A stretch of DNA of 64,000 nt from Octopus vulgaris (lineage: Eukaryota): contig OX597821.1 of NCBI GenBank assembly GCA_951406725.2, positions 806,001 to 870,000 of the forward strand. Direction: 5' to 3'. The first letter of the stretch is position 1; each line of letters starts with the position of its first letter. The position numbers and the translations under genes are program-made. Shown piece by piece: positions 13,115-25,930 of the stretch. The notes beneath the pieces were generated by a model. It did not search any database. It was given only the letters and a program-made list of their open reading frames with translations, and was not told where the DNA came from.

Positions 13115-13339
13115 GTATTGTTATCACTAGCGATATCAAGATATAACTTTGTATTTTGTATTTTATGTGTAGATGTATATATATAGATGTACATCTAATA
13201 TGTACACATATATACATGCACTAGCACTATGACCCGGCGTTGCCGGGTCATAATGCTATTATTTATATATATATTCCAGAGATGGCTTAGCTAGGTGCAA
13301 CTTTAACATCACTGCTAATACCATTCTTGTTAAGCAATA

Positions 13340-14611
13340 ACAGGAAAAACATTTATTACAAAGCTTCTCCTTGCAGAAGTTAGGCAGCATCAGGACATTG
13401 CAGTAGCTGTAGCCTCCTCTGGCATTGCAGCTACTTTGTTACCCGGTGGCAGGACAGCACACTCAACTTTTAAACTCCCTCTCAATTTAGCAGCATCCGA
13501 AATGCCTTCATGCAACATCAACAAAAGCTCAGATCAGGGACAAGTATTTAAAATGTGTCAACTAATTGTCTGGGATGAGTGCACTATGGCTCACAAGGGA
13601 GCTTTGGAAGCATTAGATAGAGCCCTGAAAGACATCCGAGACTGTCAGGCTCCAATGGGAGGTGTAACGCTTCTGTTGTCAGGTGATTTCAGGCAAACTC
13701 TTCCTGTCATTCCGAAAGGCACTAGAGCAGATGAAGTCTAAGCATGCCTAAAGTCCTCTACCCTGTGGCATCATGTTACAATCCTCAGTCTCACCACTAA
13801 CATGAGAGCTCAGCTACACGGCGACAAAATGTCCACAAAGTTTGCACAGGACATTTTGACACTTTGTGAAGGCAAGATGCCTCTCGATGCTGCAGGACAA
13901 ATAGAAGTGTGGTCATTTTCCTCTGTTGTTAATTCTGTAGATGACCTCAAAAACAAAGTCTTTCCCAACTTCACACAAAACTACCAAAATCACAATTGGC
14001 TGTGTGAAAGAGCAATATTAGCTCCAAAAAACGTCGCTGTTAACAAAATTAATCAACAGCTAATGCATTCTCTTCCCGGCACTATACACACTTACAAGTC
14101 TGTTGATACAATTCCAGATATAAATGAAGGTGTGAACTATCCTCCTGAATTTCCCAATTCACTGGAGCCTCCCGGACTACCTCCACACATATTAGCACTT
14201 AAAGCTGGAACTCCTGTAATGCTATTCTGCAATCTGGAACCACCAAGACTTTGCAATGGAACACGACTGGTGATAAAGAAAATGATGTCACAAGTTATCG
14301 AGGCGATCATTCTTTCTGGATGTGGAAAAGGTGATGACGTCTTTATTCCAAGAATTCCTCTTACTCCATCAGGAGCAGAAATTCCATTTACATTCAGAAG
14401 ACTGCAATTCCCCCTTCGTGTCAGCTTTGCCATGTCCATTAACAAATCTCAGGGTCAAACCCTCTCTGTAGCTGGTCTTCTCTTGGAAGAGCCCTGCTTC
14501 TCGCATGGGCAACTGTATGTTGGCTGCTCAAGAGTAGGAACCAAAGGAAACCTTTTTGTATATGCTCCACAAAGAAAAATAAGGAACATTGTTTACAACA
14601 AGGTGTTATAA
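13340..14611 (+). pseudogene. Helitron RepHel C-terminal PIF1-family (SF1B) helicase, 5'-truncated, one premature stop
   Basis: One frame: TGKTF (partial Walker A), ASSGIAATLLPGGRTAHS, VWDE (Walker B), GDFRQTLPV, TAA at 13739-13741, LCNGTRL, RLQFPLRVSFAMSINKSQGQTL, FSHGQLYVGCSRV, ending NIVYNKVL*. Intronless, with a Helitron 3' end ~170 bp downstream. Confidence 0.93.
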
Positions 14612-14931
14612 TCTCAACAGCCAGGAGGTATATACACGATCCTCTTTTTTTAACAAACTTCATCTACTTTCATGTATTTATATTACTATACATATATATG
14701 TGTGTGTGTATCCATATATATATAACAGAAAAGTCTAATTCTTCAGTTGAATGTAACCGGGCAATGCCAGGTATCTCTGCTAGTATTCTATATTTCCAGT
14801 GTCACTTTGTGGTGTTACAGTTTGGTAGCTCACAGAGTACACGGAGAAAGCAAAACAACAAAAGAATTTGTTCATACACTGAATATTTCATGCACAAACT
14901 CTCTTGTTATATTTGGTTTACATATATATAT

Positions 14932-15297
14932 TCTTTTATTCTTTTACTTGTTTCACTCATTTGACTGCGGCCATGCTGGAGCACCGTCTTTAGTCAAGCA
15001 AATCGACCACAGGACTTATTCTATCAGCTTCTTTTGCTGAACTGATAAGTTACACAGACATAAACACACCAGCATTGGTTCTCAAGCAATTGAAGGGGGA
15101 CAAACATGGACACACACACATATATATATACACGACGGGCTTCTTTCAGTTTCCATCTACCAAATCCACTCACAAGGCTTTGGTTGGCCCAAGGCTACAT
15201 GAGAAGACACTTGCCCAAGGTGCCATGCAGTAGAACTGAACCCGGAACTATGTGGTTGGTTAGCAAGTTACTTACCACACAGCCACTCCTGCGCCTA
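14932..15297 (-). mobile_element. Full-length SINE family B
   Basis: Reverse complement of the head (CTTACCACACAGCCACTCCTGCGCC), CORE-like motif, internal microsatellite and TTTTACTTGTTTCA tail. Confidence 0.85.
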
Positions 15298-15452
15298 TAT
15301 AAATGTAAGAAATATATGTTTGTGTGTGTTTGTAAGAAGCAACGATGAGGTAAAATCTATTACAATTCTTGAAAATGAGACTGTGAAGATCTGGAAATGT
15401 TGAATATGGATTTAGGGGAAAGCCATACTGCTGCTAAGAACAATGACACACA

Positions 15453-15511
<59 letters not shown>

Positions 15512-15867
15512 GCATGCACACACACACACACTATAGCCCTTTGCTGACCAAAGACTTGTATTTGGTAGATGAAAGCTGGAAGCCTTTTGTATACACATGT
15601 ATATATATATAAACGCATGTGTGTATGTATGGATGTGTGTATAAGAGTGAATATGTGTATGTTTGTGCCTCCTTGTCTTGACATTATGTTTGTTGTAAAT
15701 GAATGTCGTTCATTTCCAATGTTCTGCACAAAAACTTGTGTGGCCATGAGAAAATATTATTTTGTTTTGAAACAACTGTAGAAAATTTGTTTTAATGAAC
15801 ATCATCCAACCCATGCCAGCACAGAAAAGTGGACGTTAAATTAATGATGCATACACGTATGTCTAAC

Positions 15868-16330
15868 ATTATTCAGTTTTATTTCAAGATTTCTTGTCAT
15901 TTAAGAAAGAACTGGTTTTCTAACCTAGATCCAAGGCTCCTTCATTGGAATTTCAACTGCATCAAAAAGGTATTTTTGTATGTATATATACATACAAAAA
16001 TGTATGTATATATATACATTTGTATGTATATATACATGCAGATTTGTAGGTTTTGTTTTATGTAGGATTTCTCATGCATATACTTGCATATCTAGACATG
16101 CTCATATATATTTAAATGATAAACTTCTGGAAAGTTTTACAGAAATTTACTGTTCCAGTGATGGCTTTGATCTGTAATCTTCGAATCAGCTTCCTCCTTT
16201 CTGGTTTTGAGAAGCCTAATTTCTCAAGATTGGTATTTAGATAGTGTGTTACATATCCCAGTACCCCAATAATTACAGGTATAAACCTGTACTTGAAATC
16301 TGGATAGAGTAACTGCACATTTCTCAAAAG
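15868..16330 (-). mobile_element. 3' fragment of a restriction-like-endonuclease non-LTR retrotransposon (R4/NeSL-like)
   Basis: LLRNVQLLYPDFKYRFIPVIIGVLGYV...LEKLGF...LQIKAITGTVNFCKTFQKF* resembles the RLE C-terminus (IPxxIGALG), followed by a 3' UTR. Confidence 0.7.
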
Positions 16331-16751
16331 TATGTATGTATGTATACACACTAAGACTAGGCAATGGAAACAATCAGTTGTTCTTGAAATATAGGAAATA
16401 TAAGAATCTGAGATTCTCAGCAGTGAAATAAAATATAGAGAATGAAATGCAAAGTAAGGTGTGGAAGGAAGGTTATATAACTGTGGAAATAAGGTTATGG
16501 CATCAGACAAATGCTGGTCTACTTTCTATTAACCAATGTGTGTTTGTTCTCATGAAGAATTCAGTTTCTGCCATTCCAACTGATTCACAATATTAAACAT
16601 AATGCAACTGACGTAGCTCTTCATCTGTACATATGTGTGTGCGCGTGTGTGTGGGCATGTGTGCATGCATGCATGTTTATGTGTTTGTAAATGTGTTCAT
16701 GTATGCATGCGCATACATGCATGTATGTATGTGTTCCTTCCTGTGTGTGTC

Positions 16752-16788
<37 letters not shown>

Positions 16789-16865
16789 CTTAATAGTTGC
16801 GTTCTATTGTGAGTGTGATAATGATTGCTTCAGTATGTGGTGGTGTGGATACTACTACTACTGAC

Positions 16866-16896
<31 letters not shown>

Positions 16897-17804
16897 GTAA
16901 TAATGATAATAATACTTTTGTTGCTGTTGTTGATAGTAATAATATTGTTGTTATGGTGGCGATTGTTGTGGTTTTTAATTTGTTTTTGCTGTTGTTTATA
17001 TAGTAGTAGTAGTAGTAGTAGTAGTAGTAATAGCAGTAGTAGTGGTGGTGGTCGTCGTCGTAGTAGTGCAGTAATCGTTTAGGTGGAGCCGGCGGTGGTC
17101 GTAGTGATGGCAACAGTGGTGATGTGGTGATGGTGGTGGTTGTGGTGGTAGTGGTGCTTGTTTTCCATTTTCTAATCTGCTGCTTATATCTCCTTGCATG
17201 ACTTCAAATTGTAAGGAAAAAAGGATTAAGAATGCTTCACTACTTTCTGCAGTGATGCAGCCATATATTGCAGCAGACAAGTGCAACAATGCTTGCAGAA
17301 GACCTGTTTACAGTTCACATGCATTGCTCACCACCATCTGCATCGACCTTTCACAAGCCACCATTATCATCATCACCACCATCATCATCTTCATCACACC
17401 CATCTCCACCACCACCACCACCACCTGGTCATTACCATCTCTGCCACCACCAATATCACCGTCACCACCACCACCACCATCACATTAATCACTATATCTT
17501 TGTTATCTCCTCCATCGCCACCATCGCTGATGCCACTGCTACAATCTCATCGCTACCATCTCTTAATACCATCACAACCACTGCCACATTAATCATCATC
17601 ACCATATTGTTATCATCTCCACTGTCACACCACCATTACCGCTGCCATATTTATGTTATCCTCCACTCCGTCCCCGCCCTTTACTCCTTAATTTGATATT
17701 CTCAATACGTTCTTTCCCACTGTTGCAATAACACGTCTTCTAAATTGTCCGAAAATAACTAACAACAACAACAACAACAACAATAATAATAATAACAATA
17801 ATAA

Positions 17805-18490
17805 TAATCCTTTCTACTGTAGGCACAAGGTCTGAAATTTTGGGAAAGGATTAAATTGATTACATCAACCCCAGTGTGTAACTGGTACTTATTTAATCGA
17901 CCCTGAAAGGATGAAAGGCAAAGTAGACCTTGATGGGATTTGAACTCAGAACATAGCAACAGATGAAATACTGCAAAGCATTTCAGCCGGTGTGCCAGCT
18001 TTCCACCTTCAATAATAATAATTATTATTATTATTATTATTATTTCTACTTTAGGCACAAGGCCTTGAAAAGTTTTTGAGGGAAGAGGGCTAGTCGAGTA
18101 CATCGACTCCAGTGTGTAGCTGGTACTTAATTCATCAACCCCAAAAGTCATCCTCGGTGGAATTTGAATGCAGAATGCAGTGGCAGATGAAATCCCGCTA
18201 AGCATTTCCCCTGGCATTCTAAGGTTCTGTCAGCTCACTGCCTTCAATAATAATAACAATAAATAAGGATAATAATAATCCTTTCTACTATAGGCACAAG
18301 GTCTGAAATTTGGAGGAGGGACGTAGTTGATTACATCGACCCCAGTACTCAACTGGTACTTATTTTACCATCCCCCAAAAGATGAAAGCCAGTGTTGACC
18401 TCAGTGAAATCTGAACTCAGAACATAGAGATGGGTGAAATACCACTAAGCATTTCGTTCAGCATGCTAACGATTCTGCCAGCTCAATGCC

Positions 18491-18562
<72 letters not shown>

Positions 18563-18840
18563 TTGATTTCATTTATTTGCCACAAGGGTGAAGGATGAGA
18601 GGACATTACAAAGGCAGACATAAAGTCTGCGGGTTTACATATACGAAATGATAAAAAAGTATAATTATAACAACAATAATGATTCTTCTACTCTAGGCAC
18701 AAGGCCCGAAAGTTTTGAGGAGAGGACTAGTTGATTACATCAACCACAGTGTTTCACTAGGTGTTTATTTTATTGACCCTGAAAGGATAAAATATAAAGT
18801 CAACCATGGCAGAATTTGAACTCAGAACATGAAGACAGCC
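17805..18840 (-). mobile_element. Cluster of four same-orientation family A SINEs separated by (AAT)n or AT-rich spacers
   Basis: Copies at ~17805-18010, 18043-18245, 18276-18492 and 18680-18840. An opposite-strand copy lies at ~19140-19355. Confidence 0.85.
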
Positions 18841-18880
18841 AAACTAATAATAATAATAATGATAATAATGATAAAATATC

Positions 18881-19085
18881 AGCACTCAACTACCAACATG
18901 GCTGAAAAAAATCGGTGCAAGTGTGAAGATAAAACACCTACAAAAATCAGCATTGCTTGGATCTGCAAGAATTCTTTGCAGGGTTCTTGAAGTATGATTA
19001 GTAAAACAAGTGTCACCTTAGTCTACTGGCTGTGGACTGATGACACTTTCCATCATACCCAGCAATATAAGCTGTTAGTTTTAAC
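18881..19085 (+). mobile_element. Dong/R4-clade LINE 3' end
   Basis: STQLPTWLKKIGASVKIKHLQKSALLGSARILCRVLEV* (LQKxALLGxARIL, R4/Dong C-terminus) plus a short 3' UTR, adjoining a (TAA)n tract. Confidence 0.75.
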
Positions 19086-19933
19086 AATAGATTCTGAAAA
19101 ACATTGTGCAGTGTTTAATATGATATAAATGGGAAATAAGTTGGCAAGCTGGCAAAAACGTTAGCACGCCAAGTGAAATGCTTCAGGTATTTCGTCTGTC
19201 TTTACGATCTGAGGTCAAATTTCACTGAGGTCGACTTTGCCTTACATCCTTTCGGGGTCAGTAAATTAAGTACCAGTTGAGTACCAGGGTCCATCCAATC
19301 GACTGCCCCACCCCACCTAAAATTTCAGGCTTTGTGCCTAGATTAGAAAAGAATATAAATGGGAAATTTCAAGGACTCTAAATAGTTGTCAGGGACTCAT
19401 AATGTTACTAAGCCTTAACTTGGAGTTTATTAGACTGTACTATATAGATGAGAAAGAAAACTCCTCTCAGAGAAAAACTTCACCTTTCATTAGTGTACCA
19501 CATGTAAGATTTTCAGTAGATCTAGTGATAATTCTTGGCAATTTGTTGTTTGTGTTGATAAACAGCATTTCTGTCCGAGACCTTATGTTGACTCCTGCTG
19601 AAGGGTATTCCAGCCTTGACTCTCCTCATATCTAATTTTATTTTACAGACAATGTATTTCAAAAGAACTCACTGTAAATTTACTCATCATACAATCTGTG
19701 ATTTTTACATGAAAACCTTTATTGATTCCTGGTTTAAGCCATTGGTCCGTGACCATGTTGCAGCACAACCTTGAAGAGTTTAGTTGAATAAAGCGACCCC
19801 AATATTTTTTTTTCTTTTGAAGTTTGATACTTATTCCTGTGGTCTCTTGCCAAACCACTAAGTTAGAGGGACAAAGGCATGCCAACACTAGTTGTCAAGC
19901 AGTGAAGGGACACAAAGGCACACATACACATAT

Positions 19934-19976
<43 letters not shown>

Positions 19977-20194
19977 TGTCTTTGTCTTCTACTATTGCTT
20001 GACAACTGATGTTGACTTGTTTCCATCCTTGTAACTTAGTGGTTTGGCAAAAGACTTATAGAATAAGTGTGTGCTTGTGCATACACACACATATATACAT
20101 ATACATACATAAACATGTATACATACACATATACATATATACACACATATATATATATATATACATATGCATATATGTATAAATATATATATAT

Positions 20195-20239
<45 letters not shown>

Positions 20240-20431
20240 TATACACATAGCAATGTAACTACACATGTGCCACTGATGATTTCTTTTCCTTCTTTGGACT
20301 TTTCCTTTTCTCCTTTCCAGCAAAGAGCTATGCTCGAAATGTCAAAGTCTCTCCTTTCAATGAGCATCAAGCTAAGACATTTCTTATGCATGTCCTCATG
20401 TTGTTCATTTTTATTTGTTTATTTGACTTGA

Positions 20432-20507
<76 letters not shown>

Positions 20508-20509
<2 letters not shown>

Positions 20510-20700
20510 TTTTATTAAAGCTGCAGAATTATTACAAGACTTTTAGAGTTTCTTGTTCCTGCTCATCAGAGAATTGTAATGCGAAGCTCTGCGTAAAAGC
20601 CTTATGATAATTTTGCAGCTTTAATAAAAGCATGTTACTCTACCTTTTGTATTTGAGTACTATATCCCACATCTTGTTTTGCACTTATATGCTCAGCTGT
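20508..20700. mobile_element. Hammerhead-bearing non-autonomous element (family H2) with inverted partial duplication
   Basis: Arms TTTTATTAAAGCTGCAGAATTAT / ATAATTTTGCAGCTTTAATAAAA. Minus strand UCU-CUGAUGA-GCAGGAACAA-GAAACUCU at 20545-20572. Homologous to 43655-43840. Confidence 0.6.
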
Positions 20701-20969
20701 GCATGTATATATACATATATATGTTTGAAAAAACGAGTAGAGATGGCTATTTTGGGGGATAATTTTTATTTTAATTACAATGTTTACAGTGAATTACTTT
20801 GTGAATAGGCATTTGAAAACAATGAATAGGTGTTTGAAAACAACTATTTGAAGCTTGAAACTCATATCAGAGTAACTCACTCTAAACATTATCAAAATAA
20901 AAATTATCCCCGCAAAAAATCCATCTCTACTCATTTTTACAAATATATAATACTGTACCAGGAACTTTC

Positions 20970-21032
<63 letters not shown>

Positions 21033-22344
21033 CACACACACATGAAGGGCTTCACAAGAGTCTATCAAAGTTGCTCACAAGGCACTGGTCTGCCCAAAGC
21101 TATAGTAAAAGACACCTGCCCAAGGTGCTGGCCACACAGTGGGAATGGAACCCGAAACCACATTAAGAAGCTCAATGGTAAAGCAAGTTTCTTAACCAAG
21201 CAGTCATGCATGCACCAAGTTTATCGACCTCATTCCAAAACACATTACAATTTACTCTTCAACCAATCTGTGGTGTTTATATGAATATCACTTCAATTTA
21301 TTGACATCATTTCAAAACACATTGGAATTTCAGTCTTCAACCAACCTGTGCGTGTTCAACAATAAAATCCAAAGTTCAAAGAAATCTTATACAAAGAAAA
21401 ACTCCATTTGGCAAACAACTTCAATAAACGATCTGATCATACAAAACGACTGTAGTGTTAATTTGTTTATTGGTATTCAGGTCTAAGAGGGAGGTTTTTG
21501 TCATCTCATTCCACTGCTTCGTTCCTCTGCTTCTTCTATATTGCATCACTGAATAGGTTCAACCATTTTTTTTTCTCCACATGATTTTTTTTACCGATTC
21601 CATGTTAGTACTATAAATATTTACTGGCTTTGGGTTGAGTTGCCACAATGTTTGTCATAGGTTCAAGTCATGCCATGACAACACTTTTGTGTCTCTGATT
21701 GCAACATAAATTTCTTATGTTTTATCCTTTACTCATTTCAATTTTTGGGCAGTGGCCATGCTGGAGCACTGCCTTAAAGGGAAGGGATTTAGTCAAGCAA
21801 ATCAATCCCAGTATTTGTGTTTTTTCTTTTTACGTCAGTTACTTATTCTGTTGGTCTCTTGCCACACTGCTAAGTTACAGGGGATGTAAACAAACCAGCA
21901 CTAGCTGTCAGTATGTGTTGGATGACAGACAGACACAAATATACACACACACCCATTACATCACCTGATGAGGCTTCCTGCACTGTGCAATGCATCTGAT
22001 GTCATTACATCATTCCCCACCCACTTGGGAGCAGTGGTCCTTCAGTTTCTCTAAGCCCTGTAAAAGAACTCAGATGGTTGGGCCTCCATCCAGACCTTTT
22101 GTGATACCCTCATATATGTATGGACACATGAGAGAGTAGATAAACAAAAAGTGGCACCCAACACTTTCTTCTCCTGATATCTGATGTGGTTGGTTCATCC
22201 TATACACCCATTACACTTTATGTCAAATGGAGCCAAGTCAGACTGTTTTTTAAAAGACATATATGACAGACTACCAAACAGTTTCTGTCTAATAAATTCA
22301 CTCATGAGGTATTGGTCAGCTTGGCGCTACAGGAGAAGAAACTT

Positions 22345-22395
22345 GTTAACAACAAACAAGATGAGGACAAATATCTGTCGAAAGTAAATAATGTA

Positions 22396-22441
<46 letters not shown>

Positions 22442-22652
22442 TCACTGCCTGGTATCAAACGTGGAATCTTGGGGTTAGTAGTGCATGCTCTTAACCACTA
22501 TGCCATATGCCCATGGTTCAAAATTTCCCCAAGACACCCAATGAAGGCTGGAGGGTATATCAGCCGAAGCGTGTTAATAAACCAGATGAGGACAAATATC
22601 TGTCAAATGTTAATAATGTACATAATTCCTCATCTCTTAAATAGGGAACTGC
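22345..22652. mobile_element. tRNA-head plus hammerhead element (family H1), rearranged copy
   Basis: Minus-strand tRNA-like head at 22439-22512 (A box TGGCATAGTGG, B box GTTTGATACC) followed by (AAT)n. Plus-strand tail with a degenerate HHR at 22533-22575. The tail matches 49305-49446. Confidence 0.7.
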
Positions 22653-22789
22653 ATACTCATCATGTTCTCTCTTTTTGAGGGCCATGATTTATAGCTGGAT
22701 GTCCTTCTTAATACCAACCTTTTTATTCATCTCTCACCATACACAGGAACACAGTGAACCTATTTTAAAACCAGGATACACACAGAATG

Positions 22790-22825
<36 letters not shown>

Positions 22826-22894
22826 ATTTCAGTTTGTAACTGCTGATTTACATTCATATACACCAAGTCACACACACACACACTAACTAATTAA

Positions 22895-23223
22895 TTAACT
22901 GGTACTTCTTTGGTCATGACGACGAGGGTTCCATTTGATCTGATCGATGAAGCAACCTGCTCATGGAATAAACATGCAAGTGGCTGAGTACTCCACAGAC
23001 TTGTGTACTCTAAATGTAGTTCTGAGGGAGATCCTGCCTGACACAGAATGTGACAAGGCTGGCCCTTTTGAAATACAGACAATGCTCATTTTTGCCAACT
23101 AAGTGGACTGGAACAATGTGAAATGAAGGGTCTTGCTCAAGGACACACTGCGCTACCAGGAATTGAACTCAGAACCTTATGATTGAGAGCCGATTACTCT
23201 AACCACTAAGCCATGTGCCTTCA
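22895..23223 (-). mobile_element. CORE-type tRNA SINE with a distinct 3' tail
   Basis: Minus strand TGAAGGCACATGGCTTAGTGGTTAGAG...GAGTTCAATTCC, then GTGTCCTTGAGCAAGAC. Related tail fragments at ~7620-7710 and 38260-38380. Confidence 0.7.
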
Positions 23224-24449
23224 AACATACATATGCACACACACACACACACACACACATTTTCATAGGCAGCCATTGATGATCAGCGATGACTGACCAT
23301 AGGAAATGCCATGCATTATAGTATTAAGTAGTATTAGTAAGTGAAATGACCCCTTTGACCGAGATCTGTCCCTTTGCTGCTGTGGTCCAGCTGCGAGTCT
23401 CACTGTCTGATTTCATTGTCATCTTACACATATACACTAACATATACACACAAGCTTACATATGTACAGACAAACACACACACACACACACAGTCTCTTG
23501 TTGTAAGTTGTAATGTAACATCAATAGAAGAGATCAGTTACTGTGATGATGGTGATGGTAGTGATGATGATGGAGGTGGTGATAGTGATGGTGGTGGTGG
23601 TGATGATGATGGCAGTGATGATGACAGGAGTGATGATGATGATGATGGCAGTGGTGTTGGTGATGGGGACGAGTGCAGTGGTTATTGTTGAGGGAGTTCT
23701 TGGTATGTGGTTATGTGAGGGAGAAGGAGCAAAACGGGAGTGGTTTTGAGGGCAACGTGGGCCAAGTAGTGGCAATGATGGTAGCTTGGTAAAGTGTGTA
23801 CGCATGTGTGTGTGTGTGTGAAGTAAGGATGAGGTAGGAGGTGGAAGTAGAGTGAGAGAGGGAGGGTGATGTGTGGGTGTGTCGTTTATTGATTTTACTG
23901 TCTGTTATGGTATCTGAGAACACATCTATACACACATACACACACACACACACATGCAGCGCTTGAACAGTAAAGAAGAGAGAGACAACAGAAGCTGTAA
24001 CAGAAACATTAGTGGCAATAACAACAACAACAACAAGGACCCTACCTCCAGCCAACCCCTTCTGCTGACAACAACAACAACTGTGGAAGTTGCAATGATT
24101 AATAGCAAAAATACTATAAAAAAAAACAAGTTGCAACAAAAAAATATAAACATATACACACAATACTCCATATATAAACATACACGCACATACACACGTT
24201 TGTGTGTATGTGTATATTTGTAAATGGAGGACTGTGTGTATATATAGTCATATATAAATACACACATGCACGTTTGTGTATGTATATATGTCTATATACA
24301 AGTGTGTGTGTGTGTGTGTGTATGTAAATACAAACATACACAGACATATACTTGTATACATACCTACATATATAGACACATATACACACAAAGATACACA
24401 TGTATATACACACTGAGAAACACTGATGTATACACATACACAGATACAT

Positions 24450-24506
<57 letters not shown>

Positions 24507-24704
24507 CACATACTATTGACAATAATTCTGTTTTAAGTTTCTATTTCCAAACCAGTTGTTATGATGTTAACTATGTATGTCAAATATTTTTGCTGGTTTG
24601 AAATATTTGAAGTAAACAACTGGTAGTTTGGTGTATGCTTATCATGGATGGTGGTTCTGTTGAGCCACAAAAGGAGACACTGTTGAACCGAATAGAACCA
24701 CTGC

Positions 24705-24925
24705 TGAGCCAAGGAGACATTCCCTTTTTTTTTTAGTCAAGGATGCGTTCCTTTTTTAAGCCAATGGGACATTCCCTTTTTTTTTTGAGCCAAAGAGACA
24801 TATCCTTTTTTTGAGCCAAGGGGACATTTCCTTTTTTTGAGTCAAGGAGACATCCTTCTTTTGAGCCAAAGAGACATCCTTTTTTTGAGCCAAGGAGACA
24901 TTTCCTTTTCTGAGCCAAGGTGGCA
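24705..24925 (+). repeat. ~24-bp minisatellite, about 9 copies
   Basis: Unit GAGCCAAGGAGACATTCCC(T)n, tandem, with no unique spacers. Confidence 0.85.
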
Positions 24926-25604
24926 TTCCTATTGAGACATGGAGAGCTAATGTGGAACCAAATATTGAACCTAGGAAGGATCCCTTATCGAGTGAGTATG
25001 TGGTGGTAATGAAGATGGTGGTAAAGGTGCAACAAATGGAAATGAACAATTGAATAACACATCAACCATGGTAACGTTATTTCCTCACTGCAAGACAATG
25101 GGCCAATGGTTAATCAGAACATCCAGACCTAATTTATTAAAGGTCCCAAGGTTCAATTCCTAATGCAGCTCAGAGTGTCAACTTGAAAATACTTATTTCC
25201 CATTCCTATTTCGATACTTAGCTGTGAAAAAAGAAGACATAGAATAGAAATCATCCTATTTGCATCCTGCAGTTCTTGCTTTCCCATCTGCTTCATTTTT
25301 ACTTTTACAAGCGTCAAATCCTGCCATTTACTCTGGCAACGTTCATGCATTCACTCATATAATTATCATCATTTAACTGTCATCTTTCCATTCTTGCACA
25401 TGTCAAACACAATTTATTGAGGCAGATTTTTCGCAGCTGGATGCCTTTCCTGTTGCTAACCCTAAACTGTTTCCAAGCTTGATAATATTTCCTCCATGGA
25501 AAACTGGAAAATTCACATCTCGATATCAAGAGAAGGATATATAGAAATACACACAAATGGATAAACACGTGTGTGTGTGTATACACACTAAAAATTAGTA
25601 AAGA

Positions 25605-25930
25605 GCCCTTTCTGTCATGAATGGGCATGTGATTGCACCTAGAAAGTTATGCTCCACGGCACAAGTCTGGGAAAGGTCGTTTATAGAAGACCAGCAGTTA
25701 GCCATGCATATCAGCCTCTACAACACCAATGTTATCCAAGGGAAAGACAAAGACTGATGCAACTTGGCTCCAGTGATGTCACAACTTATTTCTACAGCTG
25801 AGTGAATTGGAGCAAAGTGAAAGAAAGTGTCTTGCTCAAGGACACAACATACCACCCAGTCAGGGAATTGAACTCACTACATCATGATTGTGAGCCTGAT
25901 GCTCTAACCACCGAGCCATGCACCTTCACA
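25605..25930 (-). mobile_element. SINE family C
   Basis: Reverse complement of a head like 33330-33655. TGTCTTGCTCAAGGACACAAC motif. Confidence 0.7.

Larger units (their letters stand above)
11640..14783 (+). mobile_element. Composite Helitron region
   Basis: 5' end (C)TCTCTTTATATAAAACTGAGAATGTCTGTCTG next to (TA)n. 3' end CCGGGCAATGCCAGGTATCTCTGCTAG|T (subterminal hairpin plus CTAG before T). Contains a PIF1-type helicase and a second Helitron-end palindrome at 13221-13260. Confidence 0.8.

Noticed and set aside
13340-14611. Host PIF1 gene
   Set aside because: Intronless, truncated, has a premature stop, ends in a Helitron-type C-terminus and is followed by the hairpin+CTAG terminus.
16790-17289. 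Signal-peptide-like poly-Leu / Pro-His-rich ORFs
   Set aside because: Derived from (TTA)n/(ACT)n/(CAC)n repeats, stop soon after, and lack good splice support.
21962-22000. CUGAUGA hammerhead core (also at 19038 and 40808)
   Set aside because: No stem II plus GAAA box at the right spacing.
22439-22512. Bona fide tRNA gene (also the heads at ~33335 and ~50240)
   Set aside because: A/B boxes are present, but the acceptor stem is poor and each head is fused to a repeat body; these are SINE heads.
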